Source of the DNA: Octopus sinensis
Lineage: Eukaryota
Length of the DNA: 47,308 nt
Direction of reading: 5' to 3'
Assembly (NCBI RefSeq): GCF_006345805.1
Contig: NW_021834547.1
Coordinates: 1-47,308, forward strand
The translations under genes were made by a program, and so were the position numbers. Below the pieces are notes generated by a model, which saw nothing but the letters and a program-made list of their open reading frames with translations, ran no database searches and had not been told where the DNA came from. Below are positions 36,509 to 47,308 of this stretch, in pieces; position 1 is the stretch's first letter; every line of letters begins with the position of its first letter.

Positions 36509-37357
36509 TCTCCCCGTCTGTCTTGATAGACAATGGGATGCGCCAAGGGTGGGGCCTACTTTGATGATGTGCAGCGTCTGCTGTGACTGAACAGTCCAAT
36601 TCTAGAGAGGCAGTCCCTGGTACAGTTGCTGCACACGAACATCGATGGGTACGTGTGGGGTGTTGCTGCAGTTGTCCTCCTCCTGGCCCGCCTGTCCGAC
36701 CACAGCTGTGATCTCCTTTCCTCAGCCATGGAAACGCCTTTCCTCACTGTCCGACGCCAGGCAGAGCGGTCAGCAGCTGTTACCTCCCACGTGTCCACAC
36801 AGATGTTGGCAGTCCTCAGGTCGCGCTTGCACACATCCCTGTATCGTAGCTGTGGACGTCCCTTGGGTCGGGATCCCGTGGTGAGTTCGCTATACAGGAT
36901 GTCTTTAGGCATGCGACCGTCCTGCATGCGGCAGACGTGTCCGAGCCAGCGCAGTCGTCTCCGCACGAGGAGGGCATGCATGCTTGGCATATTAGTCTGT
37001 TCTAGGATGACTCCGTTCGGTACTCGGTCCTTCCAGGAGATGCCAAGGATCCGTCGAAGACACCGCATGTGGAAGCCGCTAAGGCGGCATTCTTGCCGGG
37101 TGTATGTTGTTCAGCTCTCGCTGCCGTAGAGTAGGGTGCTCAGCACGCAGGCTCGGTACACTGCGATCTTGGTGGTTATTGTGAGCATGTTGTTTTCCCA
37201 CACTCTCCTGGAGAGCTTAGCCATGGCAGCAGCAGCCCTCCCAATCCGTCTGTTCAGCTCCGGCTCGAGGGACAGGCTGCTGGAGACCGTCGATCCCAGG
37301 TAAGTGAACTCGTTCACCACCTGCAAGCTGTGGTCACCGACACTGATGCTGGGGACC
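36506..37357 (-). mobile_element. RTE/BovB-like LINE 3' portion with C-terminal C2H2-like finger
   Basis: [85 protein letters not shown]; one in-frame stop. Confidence 0.95.
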
Positions 37358-37359
37358 CC

Positions 37360-37467
37360 ATATATATATGTATAATATATATATATGTATGTATATATTA
37401 TATATATGTATGTATATATATATATATATGTATGTATATATAATATATGTATATATATATATGTATG

Positions 37468-37498
<31 letters not shown>

Positions 37499-38093
37499 GT
37501 ATGTATATATATATATGTTATATATATATGTATGTTATATATATATATATATATATCTATATATGTATGTATATATATATATATATATGTATGTATATAT
37601 ATGTATATGTATGTATATATATGTATGTGTATATATATATGTATGTGTAATATATATGTATGTGTATATATATATGTATGTGTATATTTATATGTATATG
37701 TATGTGTATATATATATGTATATGTATGTGTATGTATATATATATGTATATGTATATATATATATGTATATGTATGTATTATATATATATGTATATGTAT
37801 GTATATATATATGTATATATATGTATATATATATGTATATGTATGTATATATATATATGTATATGTATTATATATATATATGTATATGTATGTTATATAT
37901 ATATATATGTATATGTATGTATATATATATATGTATGTATATTATATATATATATGCATGTATATATAATATGTATGTATATATATATATGCATGTATAT
38001 ATATATGTATGTAATATATATATATATGCATGTATATATATAATGTATGTATATATATGTATATATATATGTATGTATATATATATATATACG

Positions 38094-38142
<49 letters not shown>

Positions 38143-38210
38143 GTATGTATATATAATATATATATATATACGTATGTATATATATAATATATATATATAT
38201 ATATATGTAT
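37360..38210. repeat. (TA/TATG)n microsatellite
   Basis: Direct sequence. Confidence 0.95.
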
Positions 38211-38461
38211 GAGAGACCTGCAAGGTGTGGATGCAGATGTCTTTAAAATGAAACTGGATCTCTTCCTGTCAGGTGTCCCAGATGAACCAACTTCACGGCA
38301 GGAGGTGCAAATGAGGGCAGCTGCATCGAACTCTCTCATGCACCAAATGGCAGTTGCTAAAAAACTTTCGTGAAGTAAAACCAAGTAGCAACACCAAATG
38401 GCGGTGCCCCAGCATGGCCACAGCTCATAAGCTGAAACTAGAATCAATCAATCAATCAATC
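38211..38461 (+). mobile_element. CR1/L2-group LINE extreme 3' end with (AATC)n tail
   Basis: Near-identical to 39020-39270. Confidence 0.9.
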
Positions 38462-38494
<33 letters not shown>

Positions 38495-38514
38495 TGTATG
38501 TATATATATATATA

Positions 38515-39270
38515 TGACCTTTCATGTACATGTTGCTAAACTGACAATGAAATGTAGACGGCTGGCTGGATGGATTCTTAGAAACTTTAGAACAAGAGAA
38601 CAAGAAACGATGATGGTCCTCTGGAAGACACTTGTCCTAAGCCACTTTGACCACTTTGACTATTGCTCTCAGCTATGGTCACCATCCAGTGTCAAGTTGA
38701 TCACAGAACTTGAGGCGATCCAACGAAGCTACACAAAGAAGATAGCCTCTATGCAGAATGTAAGCTACTGGGAAAGACTCAAGAGATTAAAATTATATTC
38801 CCTGGAGCGTAGGCGGGAAAGATATGCCATAATATACATCTGGAAGATCCTGGAGGGAAGTGTCCTGAACTTTGGCATCGAGAGTTACGCAAATGCCAGA
38901 ACTGGGCGCCACTGCGTGGTGCCTAGGACTCCAAACCTGCTATCAAGATGTAGGACAAGATTCTGTGATAGCCTGGGCTTCCGAGGCCCACAGCTCTTCA
39001 ATATCCTCCCGAAGAACCTGAGAGACCTGCATGGGGTGGATACAGATGTCTTTAAAATGAAGCTGGATCTCTTCCTGTCAGGTGTCCATGATGAACCAAC
39101 TTCACGGCAGGAGGGGCAGATGAGGGCAGCTGCATCGAACTCTCTCATGCACCAAATAGCAGTTGCTAGAAAGCCTCCATGAAGTGAAACCAAGTAGCAA
39201 CACCAAATGGCGGTGCCCCAGCATGGCCACAGCTCATAAGCTGAAACTAGAATCAATCAATCAATCAATC
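38515..39270 (+). mobile_element. CR1/L2-group LINE 3' fragment with (AATC)n tail
   Basis: ORF 38514-39182 (GWILRNFRTR..DYCSQLWSP..SYWERLK.LKLYSLERRRER). Confidence 0.95.
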
Positions 39271-39537
39271 ATGTATATATATATGTATGTATATATATAT
39301 ATATTATATATATATATATGTGTGTGTGTGTATGCATATATATACATACACACACACACATATATATACATATATATATATATATACATACATATATATA
39401 TATATACATACATATATATATATATATACATACATATATATATATATACACATATATATATATATACGTATGTATATATATATATATACATACATATATA
39501 CATATATTATATATATATATATACATGCATATATATA

Positions 39538-39593
<56 letters not shown>

Positions 39594-39631
39594 CATATAT
39601 ATATACATGCATATATATATATACATACATA

Positions 39632-39890
39632 TCTCTTATTATAAAAGGCAGATTTTATCTGCCTCCCTTTGGGAGTTATACAAATCTACAATATAGGATT
39701 CTTCAATTACAATTTACCTAGCATTTTTGAGAGTACAATGCATCGCGTCATGCCAGGTCCAGTTTTTAAAATTTAAACTCCAATTAAGCAAAATTTACAG
39801 AAAACTCACATTCTGGTGTGTGTGTCAAATGCTTTTCTTAGTCTGGTTTACACCACACGCAAACGCACACACACAGTGGGCAACGAATAA
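39632..39890 (+). mobile_element. Probable Helitron-like 5' fragment
   Basis: A|TCTCTTATTATAAAAGGCAG resembles the 5' ends at 44268 and 40804; no 3' CTAG end found. Confidence 0.4.
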
Positions 39891-40429
39891 AATGAAAGTA
39901 AATAGCGACAGAGTGATTTGAGGAAGACTAAAGTGAAAGTATTCTGTCTATGACGCTGATAGATACATGAGTAAAATGTATGGGAAGCTAAAAGCTAAGA
40001 GTGAGTGAAAATGTTCTTGGAAGAGAGTAATTAGTAATAAAGTAAACATACACTCATACATACATACATACATACATACATACATACGTACATACATACA
40101 CACACACACACACACATACACACACACACACATACATACATACACACATACATACATACATATATATACATACATACATATATATACATACATACATATA
40201 CATACATACATACACACACACACATACACACACACACAGTATTGAAGCTTGAGAACAATCAAATACATTTGCAACACATCTGTTGAAAATATTATTGTTC
40301 ACACACATACATATACATATATACATATATATATACATACATATATACATACACACACACACACACATGATCCAGCATGGCCACAACCTCAAGGCTGAAA
40401 CATATAAAAGAATAACAGAATATAAATGT

Positions 40430-40790
40430 GTGCAAAGTACAAGAAATATTAATGCAGTATATAGGGATTGGACAATAAGCGTAAGGCAGTGTCAATGGTG
40501 GTTCTAGAAATCCGAGCCATAAACTACAGCCTAGAAGACGAGCCTCATCCTGAAAGATCTGTAGAACTCGACAAGGACATCCTGAAAACCCTGGTGGAAC
40601 AAAATATCATCGTAACTGTTGAGGAACTAGCAGAGAAGCTTGGATTTGGTCATTCAACCATTCATTGACACCTGTGTGCTATCGGAAAAGTCAGCAAATT
40701 GGGTCAATGGGTTCCTCACGAACTTTCCGAGTCTAATTGCATGCAGAGAGTGAATGTATGCTTTTCTTTGCTGTCATATCTCACCACTAC
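40430..40790 (+). pseudogene. Mariner-family transposase N-terminal fragment
   Basis: TRNINAVY..TISVRQCQWWF*K.R..NYSLEDEPHPER..VTVEELAEKLGFGHSTIH*HL.AIGKVSKLGQWVPHEL (WVPHEL is diagnostic). Confidence 0.9.
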
Positions 40791-40803
40791 TGCGCTATGT
40801 ATA

Positions 40804-41438
40804 TCTCTATATATAAAACTGTAGTTGTGTGAGTGTCTGTCCCCTTCGATTTAGATTCCTAACTACTCCCACATTTTGCGGTACAGTTTAACCAAATTCG
40901 GGTAGCTTATAGTCGTGATTCATATCGAGCCCGTCTGAATATTAGCGCGCGTCTACGATGAGTCTACGATTTTAAAAATAATTTAACATCATTTTTTATT
41001 CCATTTTAATGCATAATTTTTCGTGTGTCGATGGCGGCGGAGTTGGCGTCCACGCTCACACCTGCACCTGTGGGGAAGGGAGTGTAGGAAATCAACGTCG
41101 TAATGCGTTGTCAAGGAGACCAGTGTTCTTTTAGAACAACGACTTCATGGCTTGAAGACACCAAAACAGAAATGGCTAAGAAAGCGTCTACATGAGTCTA
41201 CGATTTTAAAAAAAAATTACCATCGTGTTTTTCCATTTTAATGCATTTTTTCGCTATTATATAAGGGAAGTAACTCTCTAAAAATGTCTACGATGAGTCA
41301 ACGATTTAAAAAAAAATTTACCATCATATTTTTTCCATTTTTAATGCATTTTTTGCTATTTTTTGGCTATAACTCTCTAAAAATGCTTATATAGTTATTT
41401 CCCTTACAAATCCGAGCAACGCCGGGCGATACTGCTAG
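40804..41438 (+). mobile_element. Non-autonomous Helitron-like element with internal tandem repeats
   Basis: A|TC start, 3' CCGAGCAACGCCGG hairpin and CTAG|T end; three copies of GTCTAC.ATGAGTC.ACGATTT..CCATTTT.AATGCA. Confidence 0.75.
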
Positions 41439-41704
41439 TATATATATATATACATACATATACATATATATATATATACATACATATACATATATATATA
41501 TATACATACATATACATATATATATACACATACATATACATATATATATATATACACATACATATACATATATATATATACACATACATATACATATATA
41601 TATACACATACATATACATACATACATATATATATATATACATACATATATATATATATACATACATATATATATATATATACATACATATATATATACA
41701 TACA

Positions 41705-41745
<41 letters not shown>

Positions 41746-41855
41746 ACATACATATATATACATATATATATATACATACATACATATATATATATATACA
41801 TACACATACATATATATATATATATACATACACATACATACATATATATATATAT

Positions 41856-41888
<33 letters not shown>

Positions 41889-41895
41889 CATACAT

Positions 41896-43140
41896 TTGAT
41901 TTCAGTAAGGCCTTCGATAGGGTCGATCACAAGATACTATTGAAAAAACTATCCAACATTGGTGTCTCTGGAAAGTTACTGAAATGGATCAAGTGTTTCC
42001 TGACAGACAGATCTCAACATGTTGTAGTTGAAGGGGTAAAATCAAGCCCAGCCAAAGTCAGTAGTGGCGTTCCGCAAGGCACTGTGCTGGGCCCACTTCT
42101 TTTCATCATTTACATTAATGACATTAACGACATCATCAAGCACAGCAACATAAAACTTTTTGCAGATGATTCCAAGCTACAGAAGGTCATAAATGAGGCG
42201 AGTGACCGGACATGCCTTCAGTCAGATCTACTGGCTGTTATCCAATGGGCAGAAAAAAACAATATGCTGCTGAACGAGGATAAATCTGAGTTAATCCACT
42301 TTGGAAAAGAGGATGCCCTGAAACTCCCATACTCCCTTCCTTCAGGTGAAACTCTCGCGGCGTCCAACAACATCAGAGACTTGGGTAATTGTGGACAACA
42401 ACATAAGCTGGGCCACTCATATAAACACCAAAGTTGACATGGCCCGCAGAATGTGTTCCTGGATTCTCAGAACTTTCCAGTCGAGAGATATCCACACCCA
42501 TTATCCTTCTCTTCTCCACTTTTGCCCGACCCCACCTTGAATACTGTTGTCCACTGTGGTCTCCCCACACAATACAAGGTATCATAAAAGTTGAAGCAAC
42601 TCAAAGGGCAATCACAAAAAAGATAGATGGCATGACAGGCCTCGACTATTGGGGTCGACTAGAAAAGCTAAAACTTTATTCTCTCCAACGTCGTCGTGAG
42701 CGCTACATCATCTGCATGATGTGGAAATATTCCATCAGCATTGCCCAAATGATGTTGGCATCACCTTTAAGTACAAATCGAAGGCTTGGACCCCGCGCCA
42801 TCCCCCCAACAAAAATCGCACTCTCATCTCATAACAACAATACGGCACAATTATTTCACCTCAATTGGCCCCGCTCTCTTTAACATTACACACAACAAAC
42901 ACACATTAAAACGGAAACTGACCCTATAGGGTTCAAGAAGTCTTTAGACAGATTCTTTCAAGAAATCCCGGATAAACCCCATACACCCGGATATGTCTCT
43001 GTAAACAATAACTCTCTACTTGAGTGGGCCATAGTGCCCAAATTCTGACTTGAAAGACTTCACCAGTGGTGCTATTAAGTTAGAACATGGCCTGGGCCAA
43101 TAATGGCCGAAACCTATCAAATCAGTATCAAAGTATCAAG
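41896..43140 (+). mobile_element. Second CR1/L2-group family, 5'-truncated RT to 3' end
   Basis: [42 protein letters not shown], and an (AAGTATC)-like tail. Confidence 0.95.
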
Positions 43141-43174
<34 letters not shown>

Positions 43175-43278
43175 AATATATATATATAAAAATATAATAT
43201 ATATATATATAATATATATATATAAAATATATATATAATAAAATATATATATAAATATATATATATATATAAAATATA

Positions 43279-43331
<53 letters not shown>

Positions 43332-43589
43332 AATATATATATATATAAATATATATATATAAATATATATATTAAATATATATATATAAATATATATATA
43401 TAAATATATATATATAAATATATATTATAAATATATATATTAATATATATATATAATATATATATAATAAATATATATAATAAATATATATATATATATA
43501 AATATATAATATATATAATAAATATATATATATATATATAAATATATATATATATAAAATATATATATATAAATATATACATTATATAA

Positions 43590-43620
<31 letters not shown>

Positions 43621-43954
43621 AATATATATATATATAAATATATATAATATAATATATATATATATATATATATATAAATAATTATATAAACAAATATATA
43701 TATATATATAAATATATATATATAAATATATATATATACAAATATATATATATAATATATATATAAATATATATATTACAAATATATTATATATATAAAT
43801 ATATATATATATATAATATATATATATACAAATATATATATATATATATAAATATATATATATAAAAATATAATATATATATAATATATATATAAATATA
43901 TATATATACAAATATATATATATATATATATAAATATATATATTACATATAACA

Positions 43955-43993
<39 letters not shown>

Positions 43994-44007
43994 TATATAT
44001 ACTATCT

Positions 44008-44048
<41 letters not shown>

Positions 44049-44098
44049 TATATCTATACAAATATATATATATATAATATATATAAATATATATCTAT

Positions 44099-44139
<41 letters not shown>

Positions 44140-44209
44140 ATAAATATATATATATACAAATATATATATATATATATAAGTATATATATATATATATATA
44201 TATATATAA

Positions 44210-44259
<50 letters not shown>

Positions 44260-44267
44260 AATATATA
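43141..44267. repeat. (TA)n/(TAAA) array of about 1.1 kb
   Basis: Direct sequence. Confidence 0.95.
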
Positions 44268-44654
44268 TCTCTCCTATATATAAACGGGCAGTTTGTCTGT
44301 GCGGGTTCTGTGTGTCTGTTTGCTTGTACCCTCACTCTGACCACGGCTTTCAAACCGATTCTGATGAAACTTGACACACACATAGCCCAATGTCATAATT
44401 CAAAACTAACGCAGCGAAAATTTTGAAAAGTTCCCCCAGTTCAGAAAAAGATCGGTAAATTCGACATGGTGTCGACAATCAGAAACACAAACCGCAGATG
44501 GTCTAGGGGACGTAACTCGGCCTTTTTAACTATCAAAAAAAAATTTACCATCATTTTTTCCCATTTTTTTTGCTATTTTTTGGCTATAACTCTCTAAAAG
44601 TGCTTTATAGTTATTTCCCTTACAAACCCGAGCAACGCCGGGCGATACTGCTAT
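44268..44654 (+). mobile_element. Non-autonomous Helitron-like element (same family as 16619-16993)
   Basis: TC start, collinear body, CCCGAGCAACGCCGGG hairpin, terminal CTAT in place of CTAG. Confidence 0.75.
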
Positions 44655-44656
44655 AT

Positions 44657-44694
<38 letters not shown>

Positions 44695-44709
44695 TAATAT
44701 ATATATATA

Positions 44710-45931
44710 AAGTCGATCATGGAATGATATGTCACAAACTGCGTGATCTTGGCATAGTTGGAAAATTGGGAGAATGGCTTCATGACTTTCTGAAGAATAG
44801 AAGTCAGGTGGCCACTTCCATTAACACGCAAATAATGAGCGGTGTTCCGCAGGGCACTGTTTTGGGACCACTACTGTTCATAATGGCCCTCTCAGACATG
44901 CCCTCAGCCACGCAGAGAGCCACGATCACAAGTTATGCAGATGATACAAAAGTTTCACAGGCAATGCAGAACCCTGAGGACACTAAGCACCTGCAATGTG
45001 AGCTGGACGAAATATACAAGTGGGCTGAAAAGAATAGCATGCAGTTGAATGCTGAAAAGTTTCAAGCTTTATACTATCAGCATGCAAAACTGAATGCAAT
45101 ACCCATTGAATACACTGGACCCGGAGGGATTGCAATCCCAGAGGCACAATGAGTGCGTGACCTGGGTATTCACATGAGTGATGACGCGACCTTTCATGTA
45201 CATGTTGCTAAACTGGCAATGAAATGTAGACGGCTGGCTGGATGGATCCTTAGAACCTTCAGAACAAGAGAACAAGAAACCATGATGGTCCTCTGGAAGA
45301 CACTTGTCCTAAGCCACTTTGGCTATTGCTCTCAGCTATGGTCACCATCCGGTGTCAAGATGATCACAGAATTTGAGGCGATCCAACGAAGCTACACGAA
45401 GAAGATAGCCTCTGTGCAGCATATGAGCTACTGGGAAAGACTCAAGAGATTAAAGCTCTATTCCCTGGAGCGTAGGCGAGAAAGATATGCCACAATATAT
45501 CTGGAAGATCTTGGAAGGACTTGTCCCAACTTTGGCATCGAGAGTCACACAAATGCCAGACCCGGCGCACTGCATAGTACCAAGGACTCCAAATTTGCCA
45601 TCAAGATGTAGGACAAGATATTTGTGATAGCCTGGGCTTCAGAGGCCCAAGCCCTTCAATATACTCCCAAAGAACCTGAGGGACCTGCATGCTGTATATG
45701 CGGATGTCTTTAAAGTAGGACTGGACCTCTTCCTGTCAGGTGTCCCGGATGACCAAAGCTTCACGGCAGGAGGTGCAGATGAGGGCCCTCGCATCGAACT
45801 CTCTCATGCATCAGATGGCGTTTGCTAAAAATCATCCGTGAGGTAAAATCGTGTAGCAAACAATATGGCGGTGCCCCAGCATGGCCACAGCTCATTAGCT
45901 GAAACTGGAAAAATCAAAATCAAAATCAATC
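44710..45931 (+). mobile_element. CR1/L2-group LINE, 5'-truncated RT to 3' end
   Basis: [29 protein letters not shown], and the 3' UTR with (AAAATC)n tail. Confidence 0.95.
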
Positions 45932-45932
45932 A

Positions 45933-46210
45933 TAAATATATATATATATATATATATATATCTATATAAATATATATATATATATAAATATATATATAAA
46001 TATATATATATATAAATATCTATATCTATATATATATATATATAAATATCTATATCTATTCTATATATATATATAGAAAATATCTCATAGATATATATAT
46101 ATATATAATTTATATATAAATATCTATATATATATATATATAAATATCTATATATATATATATATATAAATATCTATATCATATATATAATATATATATA
46201 TATAAATATC

Positions 46211-46242
<32 letters not shown>

Positions 46243-46388
46243 TCTATATATATATATATATAAATATCTATATCTATATATATATATATAAATATCTATA
46301 TCTATATATATATATAAATATAAATATCTATATATATATATATATATTAATATATATTATATATAAATACCTATATATATATATAATA
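45933..46388. repeat. (TA)n/(TATC) array
   Basis: Direct sequence. Confidence 0.95.
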
Positions 46389-47308
46389 TAACTTAGAATA
46401 ACTTAGAAAGGTTTTTGGCCAGTATTGGCCCAGCCATGGTCTAACTTAATAGCACCACCTGGCGAAGTCTTTCAGTTCAGGATTTGGGCACCAAGGCCCA
46501 TTCGAGCAGAGAGTTATTGTTGCGGAGACATATCCGGGTGTGGATGGTTTGTCCGATACTGTTTGAAGGAATTTTCCAAAGACTTCTTGAATTTTGTGTG
46601 GTCAGTTTCTTTTTTGACGTGTCCTGGTGTGTATGTTGAAGAGAGCGGGTCCAATTGAGGTGAAATAGTTGTTCCGTATTGTCGTTATGTGATGCGATTT
46701 AGATTTTTGTTGTGGACGGATGGCACGTGGTCCAAGCCTTGGATGCATTTTGAAGGTGATGCAACATCATTCGGACATTGTGATGAATATTTCCACATCA
46801 TAACAGATAATGTAGCGTTCACGGCGTCGTTGGAGCGAATACAATTTCAGCTTCTCTAGTCTACCCCAGTAGTCAAGGTCTGACATGCCATCTATCTTTT
46901 TGTGATTGACCTTTGGGGAGCTTCAATTCTCATAATATTTTGTTTTGTGTAGGGAGACCACAGTGGACAGCAGTATTCAAGGTGGGGTCGGGCAAAAGTG
47001 GAGAAGAGAAGGATAATAGCGTGGGAATCTCTCGACTGGAAGGTTCTGAGAATCCAGGAACACATTCTGCGGGCCATGTCAACTTTGTGCTTATATGTGT
47101 AGCCCAGCTTATGTTGTTGTCCACTGTTACTCCCAGGTCTCTGATGTTGTTGGATGCCATGAGAATTTCTCTCCAGAAGGAAGAGAGTAATGGGAGTTTC
47201 AGAGCGTCCTCCCTCCAAAGTGGATCAGTCGAATTTGTCTTCATTTAGCAACATGTTATTCTTTTCCGCCCATTGGACAACAGCTAGTAGGTCTGACTGA
47301 AGGGTTAT
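46389..47308 (-). mobile_element. Second-family CR1/L2-group LINE copy, inverted relative to 41896-43140
   Basis: [31 protein letters not shown] and a homologous 3' UTR; runs off the window end. Confidence 0.95.

Noticed and set aside
38405-38440. AGCT-loop-AGCTGAAAC in LINE tails as half a hammerhead
   Set aside because: No upstream CUGANGA; better explained as the LINE 3' stem-loop.
12113-44383. Many long ORFs of Y/I/M/C/V/H/T residues
   Set aside because: Translations of (TA)n/(TACA)n/(TG)n microsatellites, which lack stop codons.
1-47308. CRISPR arrays, prokaryotic operons, rRNA
   Set aside because: No regularly spaced repeat-spacer array and no prokaryotic gene organisation; the sequence is eukaryotic repeat DNA.

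Overview
Repeat-saturated, AT-rich eukaryotic (animal) DNA. The SINE families and very long (TA)n/(TACA)n arrays resemble those I recall from octopus/cephalopod genomes; this is inference. No intact host gene is supported, and the long 'YIYI/MYVC' ORFs are microsatellite artefacts. The window is a graveyard of degraded elements: R4/Dong-like, RTE, CR1/L2-like and Tx1/L1-like LINE pieces, a Gypsy-like pol, a Penelope GIY-YIG endonuclease, hAT, Chapaev(CMC)-type and mariner transposase relics, non-autonomous Helitrons, tRNA-derived SINEs and a fold-back MITE-like hairpin. The most notable signal is a set of minimal type-I hammerhead ribozyme motifs between about 22 and 33 kb, with compensatory changes in stem I between copies. 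The best-preserved one (24845-24888, minus strand) heads a structured leader whose downstream part is repeated in front of a CCHC gag-like ORF. This suggests a hammerhead-processed, gag-encoding retroelement or a retrozyme-like unit. All assignments are by-eye motif recognition and boundaries are approximate.
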